Assembly (NCBI GenBank): GCA_023247725.1
Contig: JAHFFW010000004.1
Coordinates: 19,921-83,920 of the forward strand
Reading direction: 5' to 3'
Source: Candidatus Omnitrophota bacterium
GTDB taxonomy: Bacteria; Omnitrophota; Gorgyraeia; Zapsychrales; JAHFFX01
DNA: 64,000 nucleotides
Both the position numbers and the translations under genes were made by a program. Positions 9,037-18,947 of the stretch are shown here, piece after piece (positions within the stretch are counted from its first letter, which is position 1; each line of letters opens with the position of its first letter). The notes beneath the pieces were generated by a model that was given only the letters and a program-made list of their open reading frames with translations, did not search any database and was not told where the DNA came from.

Positions 9037-11076
9037 ATGAAAAAACGTCTCATTTATCTTGCGGATTTGACCCATACCGGAGCGGGCATTGCCTCCAACG
9101 TTTTTCCTCTGGCCATCGGGCTTGTGGCTTCTTATGTTCAAGAAATTTACCAAGAAAAGTACGGAATTGAGCTTTTCAAATATCCCGATGACTTGAATCA
9201 AGCCTTGAAAAGGGAAACCCCGGATATCGTCGGATTCTCCAATTACTCGTGGAATTGCCATTTGTCCTATCAATTCGCGAAAGCGATCAAGGAACAATTT
9301 CCGCAAACGATCGTTGTCTTTGGCGGGCCGAATTATGGATTGACGGATCCGGAAGTTCGAGAGTTTTGGTCCCGTTTCCCGCGGTTGGATTTCTACCTGG
9401 TCAAAGAGGGCGAACTGGCATTCGTAAAATTGCTCGAGCAGCTGGAGCGTTATGGTTTTGATGCCCCGGCGTTAAAGAACTCTGACGAATGCATTTCGAA
9501 TGCCCATTATGTCGGTGAGAACGGGTTGACGAAAGGTGAGGTCCTGCCGCGGCTCGCCGATTTGCAGGTTTTGGGATCGCCTTACTTAAAGGGGTTCATG
9601 GACAAATTTTTTGACTCGGTCCTCATCCCCATGATTCATACGACCAGAGGCTGCCCCTTTACGTGCACCTTCTGCACCGAAGGCAATCTCTATTACAATA
9701 AGGTCGCCCAGCGCCTGGATCTTAAGGAGGAATTGGAATACATTGCCCAACGAAGAAAAGGAGTGCAGGATTTACTGATCACCGACGCGAATTTTGGCAT
9801 GTACGCCGAAGACATCGCCAAGGCTCAGGTGATCCACAAGGTTCAGGAGAAATATGATTGGCCTCGTCGGATCATTGTTTCGACGGGAAAAAATAAAAAG
9901 GAACGGATTATTGAAGTCGCCTCGATCGTTGGGGGGGCCTTGAGTTTCGCGGCCTCTTTACAATCGACCAACAAGGAAATCCTCAAAAATATCAGCCGGC
10001 AGAATATTTCTTTGGAGGTGCTCAACGAGATTGTGGAAAAAGCCCAGCATATCGGAACGACCACTTATACAGAATTGATTTTGTGCCTTCCCGGAGATAC
10101 GCTTCAAACCCATCTGCAGAGTTTAAAAGATGTCGTCGATTCCAATCTGGACAACATCCGCATGTATCAGCTGATCTTGCTACCCCAGACCGAGATGAAT
10201 ACTCCGCAAAGCCGGCAAATTTATGGATTCATCACCAAATTCCGCATTAATCCGCGCAGTTTCGGAAGGTATGAAGTCCTCAATCGAAACGTTGCTTCTA
10301 TTGAAAGCGAAGAGATTGTTGTCGCCAACAACACGTTGTCGGCGGGAGATTACCTGATGTGCCGGGAGATGGATTTTACCGTTGAGGTGGTCCACAATAC
10401 CCAGCTTTTTACAGAACTCTGTGGCCTTTGCAAATATTTTAGGATCTCATGGTTCGATTTTCTTTTGCGATTTTACCAGAAGGCGCGGCAACCGAATTCG
10501 GGACTCCAGGAACTTTACGACACCTTTAAAACGGACACCCTCAGAGGCCTTTGGGCTTCCTGGCAAGTGTTGGAAGAAGCCTCGGAATCCCTGATCGATG
10601 GTCTACTCTTTGATAGCGAGGGCACCAATGAAATGGCCAAAGGCAAGGCGCTGGCGTTTTTTCGGTATTTTTCGCAAATCAATGAACTGGTTTCCGGGGA
10701 GTTTAAAACATACCTCGACGATCAAAGGTTGGGGAATGGGTGTTTGGCGCTTTATCTGGAACAGTTGAAACAGTTGAATTATGCCAGAAAACAAGACTTT
10801 CTTGAGATCACGTCGCAAAGAAAAGCCTTGTCCCTAAATTTTGATTTCGAGCAATTGGCGCGATGCAACTACCGCGCCGATCCGCAGACTTATTTTAGTG
10901 CCCAACCGCTGATGCTCGAGATTTACCATGATCATCGCCAGATTGAAAAAATCGACGCTTACGTTCAACAATATGGCAAGAAGGTCGATGGTCTGGGTCG
11001 AATCATGATGCGGGCACCCGTTGGGAAGTTATTTAGGACCATGAAGACCAGAACATATTCCCTCAGTCGTGGATAA
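9037..11076 (+). CDS. B12-binding-domain radical SAM enzyme (second, longer paralog type)
   Basis: VVFGGPNY B12-domain-like region and GCPFTCTFCTEG CxxxCxxC motif; about 680 aa with a long C-terminal extension. Confidence 0.8.
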   Translation: MKKRLIYLADLTHTGAGIASNVFPLAIGLVASYVQEIYQEKYGIELFKYPDDLNQALKRETPDIVGFSNYSWNCHLSYQFAKAIKEQFPQTIVVFGGPNYGLTDPEVREFWSRFPRLDFYLVKEGELAFVKLLEQLERYGFDAPALKNSDECISNAHYVGENGLTKGEVLPRLADLQVLGSPYLKGFMDKFFDSVLIPMIHTTRGCPFTCTFCTEGNLYYNKVAQRLDLKEELEYIAQRRKGVQDLLITDANFGMYAEDIAKAQVIHKVQEKYDWPRRIIVSTGKNKKERIIEVASIVGGALSFAASLQSTNKEILKNISRQNISLEVLNEIVEKAQHIGTTTYTELILCLPGDTLQTHLQSLKDVVDSNLDNIRMYQLILLPQTEMNTPQSRQIYGFITKFRINPRSFGRYEVLNRNVASIESEEIVVANNTLSAGDYLMCREMDFTVEVVHNTQLFTELCGLCKYFRISWFDFLLRFYQKARQPNSGLQELYDTFKTDTLRGLWASWQVLEEASESLIDGLLFDSEGTNEMAKGKALAFFRYFSQINELVSGEFKTYLDDQRLGNGCLALYLEQLKQLNYARKQDFLEITSQRKALSLNFDFEQLARCNYRADPQTYFSAQPLMLEIYHDHRQIEKIDAYVQQYGKKVDGLGRIMMRAPVGKLFRTMKTRTYSLSRG

Positions 11077-11887
11077 AGGATTGAAGGGCAAGCGAATTCT
11101 TGTGCTGGGCGCGGCCAATGGCATAGGGCGAAGCCTCGCCTTGGATTTGGCCCGCCGTAAGGCCGATCTTTTTTTATTGGATATTGATAAAAAATTGACT
11201 GTCTTTTGTCAACGGCTCAACCGATACACTCGCTGCCAGGGCTATGTCTGCGATTTGGCGGATCACGCTCAGGTTGCGGACCGTCTGGTTTTTTTGCTGG
11301 CGAAAGGGGGACTGGATGGAATCGTTTATGTCGTTCGCGGTCGGCAAAAATATCCTTATTCCGACCTGGATGAGAAGAAGTGGAAAAAAGATCTGGGCCT
11401 GACCGTGGAGGCCATCCTTTACATCATCCAGCGGTTGTGGAAAGAAAAGAAAATCAATTCTTATGCGAGCATTGTGCTTTTGTCCTCTGTTTTGTCACAG
11501 TATGCGGGAGCCGAAAGCATTTCTTATCATATGTCGAAGTCGGCTCTGGAGTCGATGTGCCGGTACCTGACGGTCGAAATGGGAATTCATCACATCCGCA
11601 CAAATATTTTACAGCTTGGCCATTTTGTAAAGGATGAATTTAAGGAACGGTTCTATTCAAAAGAGAATACGGCCTATCGGTTTTGGCTGGAACGGGTCCA
11701 GCCTTTACGACGCGTGGGGCATAATGTCGACGCGGTGGGACCGATCACGTTTCTTTTATCCGATCAATCCGCTTTTATGACCGGTCAGACCATGTGCGTG
11801 GACGGGGGTCTGACGATTCAGGAACCTTCCAAACTTGTTCGGGATTTTTTATTGGAGCCAAGGGTAAAACTTGACGGAAAAAAATAA
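11069..11887 (+). CDS. SDR-family oxidoreductase
   Basis: VLGAANGIGRSLA TGxxxGxG-type motif, YHMSK catalytic YxxxK; start overlaps the upstream gene. Confidence 0.7.
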   Translation: MDKGLKGKRILVLGAANGIGRSLALDLARRKADLFLLDIDKKLTVFCQRLNRYTRCQGYVCDLADHAQVADRLVFLLAKGGLDGIVYVVRGRQKYPYSDLDEKKWKKDLGLTVEAILYIIQRLWKEKKINSYASIVLLSSVLSQYAGAESISYHMSKSALESMCRYLTVEMGIHHIRTNILQLGHFVKDEFKERFYSKENTAYRFWLERVQPLRRVGHNVDAVGPITFLLSDQSAFMTGQTMCVDGGLTIQEPSKLVRDFLLEPRVKLDGKK

Positions 11888-12662
11888 AGTTGTCTTGGTC
11901 ACGGGATCTTCGCAGGGTATCGGTAAGGCCACCGCGCTTTCCTTTTATCGCTCCGGGGACAGAGTTGTTTTTACCGGACGATCCTCCCAGAAAATAAAAA
12001 GGATCAAAAAAGACCTTAAAGATCCAGCGAGGGCTTTCATGCAAACGGCCGATTTGCGTTCTGCCAATTCTTGCCGTCGCCTGGTTGAGAAAATCGTACG
12101 AAAATGGGGCCGGATTGACATCCTGGTCAATAATTGTGGTGGCCTACCTGCCCGGGGTCGATTTCTTGACCTGGCGGAAAAAGCCTGGCGCGATTCTTTT
12201 GAATTGAATTTGTTGACGGCCGTGACGATGTCTCGGCGCGTTATTCCCTTCATGCAAAAGCACGGAGGAGGCCGCATTATCTTTGTTTCCTCATTTGTGG
12301 CGCTTCAGCCCGGGAGTTTTAACCCGCATTATTCGGCGATGAAAATGGCCCTGCTCAATCTGACCAAGCATCTGTCCTTGCAATTTGCCCAGGACAACAT
12401 CCTGGTCAATGCGGTCTTGCCGGGAAACATTCACACCGAAGGCTGGGAAACCTACCTGCTGGATAAATCGCGGCAGGAGCGCCGCGATTTATCCAGCGTG
12501 CAAAATGAAGAACATGAAAGGGTGGTGAAGGCTGTTCCCTTAAAGAGATTTGGCCGGCCGGAAGAAGTGGCTGAATTAATAAGATTTCTTTGCTCTGAGA
12601 CAGGAAGCTTTGTGACCGGCGCAAGTCTCATGATCGATGGAGGAATCCTGAAGGGCGTCTAA
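11871..12662 (+). CDS. SDR-family oxidoreductase (3-oxoacyl-ACP-reductase-like)
   Basis: VLVTGSSQGIGKA, NNCG, YSAMK motifs. Confidence 0.8.
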   Translation: MTEKNKVVLVTGSSQGIGKATALSFYRSGDRVVFTGRSSQKIKRIKKDLKDPARAFMQTADLRSANSCRRLVEKIVRKWGRIDILVNNCGGLPARGRFLDLAEKAWRDSFELNLLTAVTMSRRVIPFMQKHGGGRIIFVSSFVALQPGSFNPHYSAMKMALLNLTKHLSLQFAQDNILVNAVLPGNIHTEGWETYLLDKSRQERRDLSSVQNEEHERVVKAVPLKRFGRPEEVAELIRFLCSETGSFVTGASLMIDGGILKGV

Positions 12663-12715
12663 AACCGGCGGTGGGATTCTTTTTCGATCAAGATTCGAAT
12701 CGGGAGGCATTTGAG

Positions 12716-12832
12716 ATGTTTACCCTTGAGGAGTCGAAATTACTCATTCGTTTGATCCGTTATGCCAAATGGCTCATCATCACCCTGATGCTCGCGGGAA
12801 CGGCCGTGTATCTCTGGAAACATTTTGGATGA
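12716..12832 (+). CDS. Small (38 aa) single-TM membrane protein, not in the ORF track
   Basis: ATG at 12716 preceded by GGGAGG 8 nt upstream. Translates to MFTLEESKLLIRLIRYAKWLIITLMLAGTAVYLWKHFG with a hydrophobic helix. Its TGA (12830-32) overlaps the ATG at 12829 of the next SDR (ATGA coupling). Confidence 0.4.
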   Translation: MFTLEESKLLIRLIRYAKWLIITLMLAGTAVYLWKHFG

Positions 12833-13662
12833 ATGTGGGTCAGGATTCTAAAATTGTATTGATCGTCGGCGGTGCGGGAGGCATCGGCAAAAGGACCGCC
12901 GAATTATTATGGGAGCGAGACGATCACCTGATTGTTGCCGATCGGGATCAAAAGCGTTTGGATCAATTCAAAACCCAACATGACCATGCCGATAAAAAAC
13001 TATCTTGCCTGCTTTTTGATTTAACCGTTCCTGCCTCAAGGCAAGAGCTCATTTCATGGATCCGGGAAAAATTTGGAGTTTTGGATGTTTTGGTTGTCAC
13101 CGCAGCGGTTCATTCCACCTTTCCGGTTGAGTTTATGACCGATGAAACGATTGACCGCGTTTTAAATGTCAATCTCAACAGCCACATGAAGCTCGTCCGG
13201 GATTGCCTGCCACTGATTCGTGACGGCGGCAGGATCGTGGGAGTGAGCTCGATCGCCGCTCAAATTGGAATCCCCATGTCTTCGCTGTATTCCGCTTCCA
13301 AAGCCGGATTGGAAATGTTTTATGAATCATTGTCGGTCGAGGTCATGCACCGCCGGATCAAATGCATTGTCATCCAAATCGGAAATGTCAATACCGGGTT
13401 TAATGAAACCGGAAATGATTATCAACCGGTGGGAGACAGATCCATTGACGCCGGATATTCCAGGGTCGTCCGCAAGATTGACAGCCGTTATGGCATGGAT
13501 CCGGCGATCGTTGCTCAAACCATCCTTTCGGCGATGGAATCACGATCGCCGAAATTTTGTTATGTGGTGGGAGCCAATGCCAAAAAAGCGCATTGGGCCA
13601 AACGCCTTTTGGGACGGGACTGGGGCATTCGTTTGACGGCGAAATATTTTGGGTTTAAATAG
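12829..13662 (+). CDS. SDR-family oxidoreductase
   Basis: VLIVGGAGGIGKRTA, YSASK motifs. The track ORF starts at 12769; the ATG at 12829 (MNVGQDSKIV) is a more plausible start. Confidence 0.7.
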   Translation: MNVGQDSKIVLIVGGAGGIGKRTAELLWERDDHLIVADRDQKRLDQFKTQHDHADKKLSCLLFDLTVPASRQELISWIREKFGVLDVLVVTAAVHSTFPVEFMTDETIDRVLNVNLNSHMKLVRDCLPLIRDGGRIVGVSSIAAQIGIPMSSLYSASKAGLEMFYESLSVEVMHRRIKCIVIQIGNVNTGFNETGNDYQPVGDRSIDAGYSRVVRKIDSRYGMDPAIVAQTILSAMESRSPKFCYVVGANAKKAHWAKRLLGRDWGIRLTAKYFGFK

Positions 13663-13678
13663 ATAGGATCATTTTACC

Positions 13679-15586
13679 ATGTGTGGCATCCTCGCGCATG
13701 TCGCCTTCCAGCCGGGAGCAAAAATTTCGCAACCCCATTTAAAGGCCCTCAATGAGCTTCAGTGGCATCGGGGGCCGGATTCCGGCGGCGTTTACCTTCA
13801 GGGACCCGTCGGGCTGGCGGTGCGGCGATTATCCATCATCGATTTGGAAAAAGGGGACCAGCCCATCACCTCGGCGGATGGTCGGTACACGATTGTCTTT
13901 AACGGAGAGATTTATAACCACGACGAGCTGCGCCGGAATTTGCTCAACCAAGGTTATCCCCTCAAAACCCGCAGCGACACCGAAACCCTGCTGTATTCCT
14001 ACATCGATCAGGGACCGGCTTGTTTGAAGTCTTTAAACGGCATGTTTGCCTTTGCCATTTGGGATGAGAATCAACAGCAACTTTTTGTGGCCAGAGACCG
14101 GCTGGGAATCAAGCCGCTTTACTATGCCCAAAACCAAGAACGAATCTTGTTCTCTTCGGAATTGACGCCGATCTATGCGAGCGGTTTTTTTGATTTGCGG
14201 TTCGATCTTAAGGCGATTTCCGACTATTTGGCCTACTGGTATATCTGCGAACCCCGAACCATTTTCCAGGATGTTTATCAATTGACTCCGGGAACTTATG
14301 CCATCCTTGGCGACGGGGAGCTTAAGAAATTCTGCTACTGGCAAGTTCCAGCTGAAAAAGAAGCAGACATCTCGTTTACTTCGGCCCGGGAACAATTGCA
14401 GGCGCTCATCCAGGATTCGGTCAAACTCCGAATGAAGGTGGATGTCCCCATTGGAACCTTTTTAAGCGGCGGCATTGATTCGGGAATCATCACCGCCTTG
14501 GCCGGCCAAGACCGTAAAGAAGAGCTCACGGCGTTTTGTATCGGCTTCCCGCAAGAAACGTATTCCGAGGTCAAGGAAGCGACGCTCACTGCGCGTCGTT
14601 ATGGTGTGAACCTGCGCGTTTGTCAACTCGAGGAGATGACAGCCCAGAGGGTTCAGAAGGTTTTGACTGCCTTCGATGAGCCACTGGGCAATGCCAGTTA
14701 TGTCCCAACTTTTTTTTTGGCGGAAGCGGCGCGAAAGGAATTGAAAGTTGTTTTGACTGGCGACGGTGGAGATGAACTGTTCGGAGGTTATCCCACTTAC
14801 CAGGCACCGTATTACCAAACCATGTATCAGCAGACACCGCGATTTCTCCGGCGGATAGGGAGGGATTTTGTCAACCATCTTCCCGTCTCCCATAACCGGA
14901 TCAGTTTAGATTACCGGCTTAAACAACTGTGGAAAGGTTTGGACCATCCTTTCGACCGGGCGCATTATACCTGGAGAGAAGTGGCTTCGCTTCATCTTCA
15001 GCACCGTTTGTTCCGGCCGGAATACCGGGAAGAATTGGAGGGCTATGATCCTTTTTCCGTTGCCGAGTTCTATTTTAAAAAAGGAAAGGCCTTGAGCGTG
15101 AAAAACCAGCTGATGTATGCGGATCTTCACACTTATTTGCTCAATGATCATCTGCGCAAAATCGACCGGATGACCATGGCGCATTCTTTGGAAGCCCGGC
15201 TTCCATACCTTGATTACCGAATTGTGGAATTGGCCATGCGGATGCCGGCGGATTTTAAAGTCACCTTCCGGCAAACCAAACGGATTCTCAAGGACCTGGC
15301 CAGGGATTATTTGCCGACGAAGATTATCAAAGGCACAAAGAAGGGGCTTACATCCCCGATAGCCCATTGGATTTCTTCTGATTTGAAAAGTTACGTGACC
15401 GAGGAATTGCAGGGAGGATTATTGGCCCAGTTCTTCGATCGAGAATTCATTCAAACCCTGATGGCCGAGCATGCAGAGAAAACATTTGATCATAGCCGGA
15501 CGATCTGGGCCCTGTTGACCTTGCAGGTTTGGGGGAAAAAGTTTCGACTTTTAAGCCGCAGCCTTAAAGAAAAATCATTTGTTTAA
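13679..15586 (+). CDS. asnB: Asparagine synthetase (glutamine-hydrolysing) family amidotransferase
   Basis: N-terminal MCGI nucleophile Cys2, RGPDSGG, SGGIDS PP-loop; about 635 aa. Confidence 0.85.
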   Translation: MCGILAHVAFQPGAKISQPHLKALNELQWHRGPDSGGVYLQGPVGLAVRRLSIIDLEKGDQPITSADGRYTIVFNGEIYNHDELRRNLLNQGYPLKTRSDTETLLYSYIDQGPACLKSLNGMFAFAIWDENQQQLFVARDRLGIKPLYYAQNQERILFSSELTPIYASGFFDLRFDLKAISDYLAYWYICEPRTIFQDVYQLTPGTYAILGDGELKKFCYWQVPAEKEADISFTSAREQLQALIQDSVKLRMKVDVPIGTFLSGGIDSGIITALAGQDRKEELTAFCIGFPQETYSEVKEATLTARRYGVNLRVCQLEEMTAQRVQKVLTAFDEPLGNASYVPTFFLAEAARKELKVVLTGDGGDELFGGYPTYQAPYYQTMYQQTPRFLRRIGRDFVNHLPVSHNRISLDYRLKQLWKGLDHPFDRAHYTWREVASLHLQHRLFRPEYREELEGYDPFSVAEFYFKKGKALSVKNQLMYADLHTYLLNDHLRKIDRMTMAHSLEARLPYLDYRIVELAMRMPADFKVTFRQTKRILKDLARDYLPTKIIKGTKKGLTSPIAHWISSDLKSYVTEELQGGLLAQFFDREFIQTLMAEHAEKTFDHSRTIWALLTLQVWGKKFRLLSRSLKEKSFV

Positions 15587-15603
15587 AAAATCCGGGAGGC
15601 TTT

Positions 15604-15963
15604 ATGAATCATCGATGGTCGGGATGGGTCGATTTTATGGCAAGATGTTTTATCATCGCGTTCATGGTTTATTTGGCCTTGTCCGCTTTTTTTATTTCGG
15701 ATTTTAAAAAGCTCTCCCGGCTTTTGGATTCGGTGGAAAAAGAAATGCAGACCTTCACTCAGCAGAACAAAATCTATTCGACCTTTTTTACCACTGGAAA
15801 TCCAGAAATCCTTTATGTCATTGCCTTGCAAGATGAACAGAACGGCGATCTCGGTGGGGCCGCAAAGAAACTGTTGACGGCCATTCAAGTTTCGGATTTG
15901 AACAGCCAAAAATACCGCGCGAAGCTACAGGCACTTCTGGGAAAGTCCGGGCAGAATCCCTAA
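15604..15963 (+). CDS. Hypothetical small membrane protein
   Basis: One hydrophobic helix (FIIAFMVYLALSAFFI); no recognisable motif. Confidence 0.4.
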   Translation: MNHRWSGWVDFMARCFIIAFMVYLALSAFFISDFKKLSRLLDSVEKEMQTFTQQNKIYSTFFTTGNPEILYVIALQDEQNGDLGGAAKKLLTAIQVSDLNSQKYRAKLQALLGKSGQNP

Positions 15964-15974
15964 GTCTTCATTCC

Positions 15975-16316
15975 ATGTCATCCAGTTATGACGCGGTGAT
16001 TTCTTCTCTGGTCAAGGGTTTGCTTGATGATCAGGCGAATCCGGTCCTTGTTGAGCAAACCGCCCAACAGATGAGGAAAACTGTTCGACACATGCCGAGG
16101 CATCTGTCCCTGCCCATTATTTTTCTAACCCTTTGTTTTGATTGGGCGGGAATCTTGCGTGGAGGTCGAATCTTTCGATGTCAATCCGCTGTTTCTCAGC
16201 GGGCACAGATTGAAGATTGGAAAAAAAGTTTTTTATCGCCTTGTCGGGAGTTGATCCGTTTTCATGAAAAAATGAGCGGATTTATCTATTACTCCTATTC
16301 CCCGACGAAGAATTGA
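15975..16316 (+). CDS. Hypothetical protein
   Basis: ORF of 113 aa in an operon gap upstream of the GMC oxidoreductase; no motif recognised. Confidence 0.35.
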   Translation: MSSSYDAVISSLVKGLLDDQANPVLVEQTAQQMRKTVRHMPRHLSLPIIFLTLCFDWAGILRGGRIFRCQSAVSQRAQIEDWKKSFLSPCRELIRFHEKMSGFIYYSYSPTKN

Positions 16317-16341
16317 AAATGGCTTAAGGCTCTTTATTCCC

Positions 16342-17784
16342 ATGCTGCAGAATCGTTTAGATTGTGAGGTGCTCGTCGTCGGTTCCGGACCCGGCGGGGC
16401 CAATACCGCCTATCTATTGGCGCAAGCGGGCAAGGATGTAATCCTTGCCGAAGAAGGGGAGAATTTGACGGTTGAGCAAACCCCGGCCTATTCGCTGGAA
16501 GAAATGAAATCAAAATACCGTCATGGCGGTATGACGGTGGCCTTGGGCAAACCGAGCGTAGCCTATCTCGAGGGCTGCTGTGTCGGCGGAGGCAGTGAGA
16601 TCAATGCCGGTTTATACCACTATCCTTCACCGGAAGTTTTAGAAGAGTGGGTTAAAGATTTTGCTATTCGTGATTTTGGATTTGGGAAGCTGGAGCCTTT
16701 TTTCAAATCCTGTGAGCAAGATATTTCGGTTTCTTCCATGCCTGGTCAGGTGGGCTCAGCCTCTTTGAAGCTGCAGGAAGGAGCCCGCAAGCTCAATTGG
16801 AAAACTGCACAGATCCCTCGCTGCTGGAAATATGAATGTTTATCCGACGGAACCTGGCATTCTTCCCGGCAGTCGATGACCGAAACCATCATCCCCAAGG
16901 CCTTGCGTCATGGCTGCCGATTGCTGACGCGAGCTAAGGTCAAAAGACTTTGTTTGAAAAATCATCGAGCCGATCACGCCTTGGTGAGTTCCGTTACGAA
17001 AGCTGGTGAACAAAGTTTGACCACGATTAATTTTCGCCAGGTTTTCGTCTGTGGGGGCGCCGTGCAAACTCCGGCCCTTTTGAGGCGCAGCGGAATTAAG
17101 AAGAATATTGGCAATTCGCTGCGGATGCACCCGGCCATCCGGATGGTGGCAAAATTTTCCGAAGCAGTCAACGAAGAGCAAGAAGGCGTTCCGGTCGTTC
17201 AGGTGGAAGAATTCAAACCCCGTTTGACCCTGGGTGGATCTTACAGCGCCCTACCGCATCTGGCGTTGTGGTTAGGTCCACAGCGCATACAGAAGCTTCT
17301 TCCGGTTTGGAAAAATTTGGCCATGTTTTATGCGCTCATTGTCGGTCAAGGAGCTGGAACCGTAAGAAATATTCCCTGGACGGATGAGCCCTGGGTTCGC
17401 ATGCCTCTGACCAGGACGGATGCCAGTTCTTTCCGGGAAGGTTTAGAACTCTTGGGCCGTTTGCTATTTGCCGCTGGAGCGACGGAAATATTTCCACCGA
17501 TGCAGGGGTTGGAAATCTTAAAAACCCCAGACGATTTAAAAATATTCTTGGGCAACTTATCTTTGAATAAAATGGATATCTCGACGATTCATTTATTTAG
17601 CAGCTGTCCGATGGGAGAAAAGACAGAACTCTGCGCCGTGGATTCCTACGGAAAATTGCATGGCTTTAAGAATATTTATCTTAATGACGCGAGCATTTTG
17701 CCCAGCGCCCCCAGGGTGAACCCCCAGGCGCTCATCATGGCGATTGCCCGGCGAAATACAGCGAAATTTTTAGAAAATATTTGA
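16342..17784 (+). CDS. GMC-family FAD-dependent oxidoreductase
   Basis: VLVVGSGPGGANTA FAD-binding motif; GMC-like C-terminal region (PQALIMAIARR). Confidence 0.75.
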   Translation: MLQNRLDCEVLVVGSGPGGANTAYLLAQAGKDVILAEEGENLTVEQTPAYSLEEMKSKYRHGGMTVALGKPSVAYLEGCCVGGGSEINAGLYHYPSPEVLEEWVKDFAIRDFGFGKLEPFFKSCEQDISVSSMPGQVGSASLKLQEGARKLNWKTAQIPRCWKYECLSDGTWHSSRQSMTETIIPKALRHGCRLLTRAKVKRLCLKNHRADHALVSSVTKAGEQSLTTINFRQVFVCGGAVQTPALLRRSGIKKNIGNSLRMHPAIRMVAKFSEAVNEEQEGVPVVQVEEFKPRLTLGGSYSALPHLALWLGPQRIQKLLPVWKNLAMFYALIVGQGAGTVRNIPWTDEPWVRMPLTRTDASSFREGLELLGRLLFAAGATEIFPPMQGLEILKTPDDLKIFLGNLSLNKMDISTIHLFSSCPMGEKTELCAVDSYGKLHGFKNIYLNDASILPSAPRVNPQALIMAIARRNTAKFLENI

Positions 17785-17793
17785 AGGGCTTCT

Positions 17794-17821
17794 TTGCAAA
17801 GCCTTGCCCCAACGATATAAT
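17794..17821 (+). promoter_or_regulatory. Sigma70-like promoter upstream of the E1-beta gene
   Basis: TTGCAA (17794-17799), 16-nt spacer, TATAAT (17816-17821); a short hairpin (GGCTT...AAGCC) lies just upstream, after the GMC stop. Confidence 0.45.
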
Positions 17822-17870
17822 GAACCAATTCCACCTGCAATGATCGCGCATTCAATCAGAATCTAAGTTC

Positions 17871-18908
17871 ATGGCAAGTCGAATGATTAGCTACGCGCAG
17901 GCCATCTCGGAAGCCACGGTTCAAGCCATGGAGGCTGATCCGAATGTTTTTGTGTTCGGCCTGGGGGTGGATGATTTTAAAGGAATTTTTAACACCACCA
18001 GAGAAGCCTTTGCGAAGTTTGGATCCTCCCGCGTCGTCGGAACTCCCGCAAGTGAAAATGCATTAACCGGCATCGCCATTGGAGCGGCCTTAAATGGGAA
18101 AAGGCCGATTCTGGTTCACGCCCGCAATGACTTTATGTTTCTGGCGCTCGACCAGATGCTCAATAATGCGGCCAAATGGAAATATTCTTATGCCGGACAA
18201 TCGAGCGTTCCGATCGTCGTGCGCGGGATCATCGGCAAGGGCTGGGGGCAGGGACCGACGCATTCCCAGAGCATTCAATCCATCTTTGCGCATTTTCCGG
18301 GGCTTTATGTCGCCATGCCGTCGGGCGCGTATGTGGCCAAAGGATTGCTGATAAAAAGCCTGCAGATCGATACGCCGGTTGTGCTCCTCGAGCACCGGGC
18401 TCTTTATGATCTCAAGGAAGCAGTTCCGGAAAAATCCTACACTTTGGATTTTGGCAAGGCACGGGTTGTTCGCCTTGGGAGAGACATCACGATCGTTGCG
18501 ACATCCTTCATGGTTCCGGAGGCGGTTAAGGCGGCTGACATTCTTCAATCCCAAGGGATTGATCCGGAGATCATCGATCCGGTCAGTCTTAATCCGCTGG
18601 ATGAAGAAACCATTCTCAACTCAGTTGCTAAAACCGGACGGTTGCTGTGCGCCGACACGAGCTGGCGGCGTTGCGGCTTCGCCGCGGAAGTCGCGGCCAT
18701 CGTCGCCGAGAAAAGTTTTGGTTCGCTCAAGGGACCGGTCAAAAGGATCACCCTTGCGGATTGCCCGTGTCCGGTTTCACAAAAACTAGAAGCAGAATTC
18801 TATCCCAGCTTCCAAACGATCGTGAATTCGGTTTATGCCATGTTGGACCGAAAAGAAAAATTTCAAATGGAAAGTCCCAAAGCCGACGTGTTTATTGGAC
18901 CCTATTGA
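17871..18908 (+). CDS. ThDP-dependent 2-oxoacid dehydrogenase E1 beta-subunit homolog (transketolase-like pyrimidine-binding and C-terminal domains)
   Basis: MEADPNVFVFGLGVDD, GIAIGAALNGKRP, typical PDH-E1-beta layout; about 345 aa. Confidence 0.85.
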   Translation: MASRMISYAQAISEATVQAMEADPNVFVFGLGVDDFKGIFNTTREAFAKFGSSRVVGTPASENALTGIAIGAALNGKRPILVHARNDFMFLALDQMLNNAAKWKYSYAGQSSVPIVVRGIIGKGWGQGPTHSQSIQSIFAHFPGLYVAMPSGAYVAKGLLIKSLQIDTPVVLLEHRALYDLKEAVPEKSYTLDFGKARVVRLGRDITIVATSFMVPEAVKAADILQSQGIDPEIIDPVSLNPLDEETILNSVAKTGRLLCADTSWRRCGFAAEVAAIVAEKSFGSLKGPVKRITLADCPCPVSQKLEAEFYPSFQTIVNSVYAMLDRKEKFQMESPKADVFIGPY

Positions 18909-18947
18909 TCGCACGAACTTTATTACCGCAAAATTGAACTCATCAAA

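Noticed and set aside
10435-10455. GGTTCGATT tRNA-like T-loop-resembling string
   Set aside because: It lies inside the well-supported radical SAM CDS and no acceptor or anticodon stem context exists. No tRNA was called.
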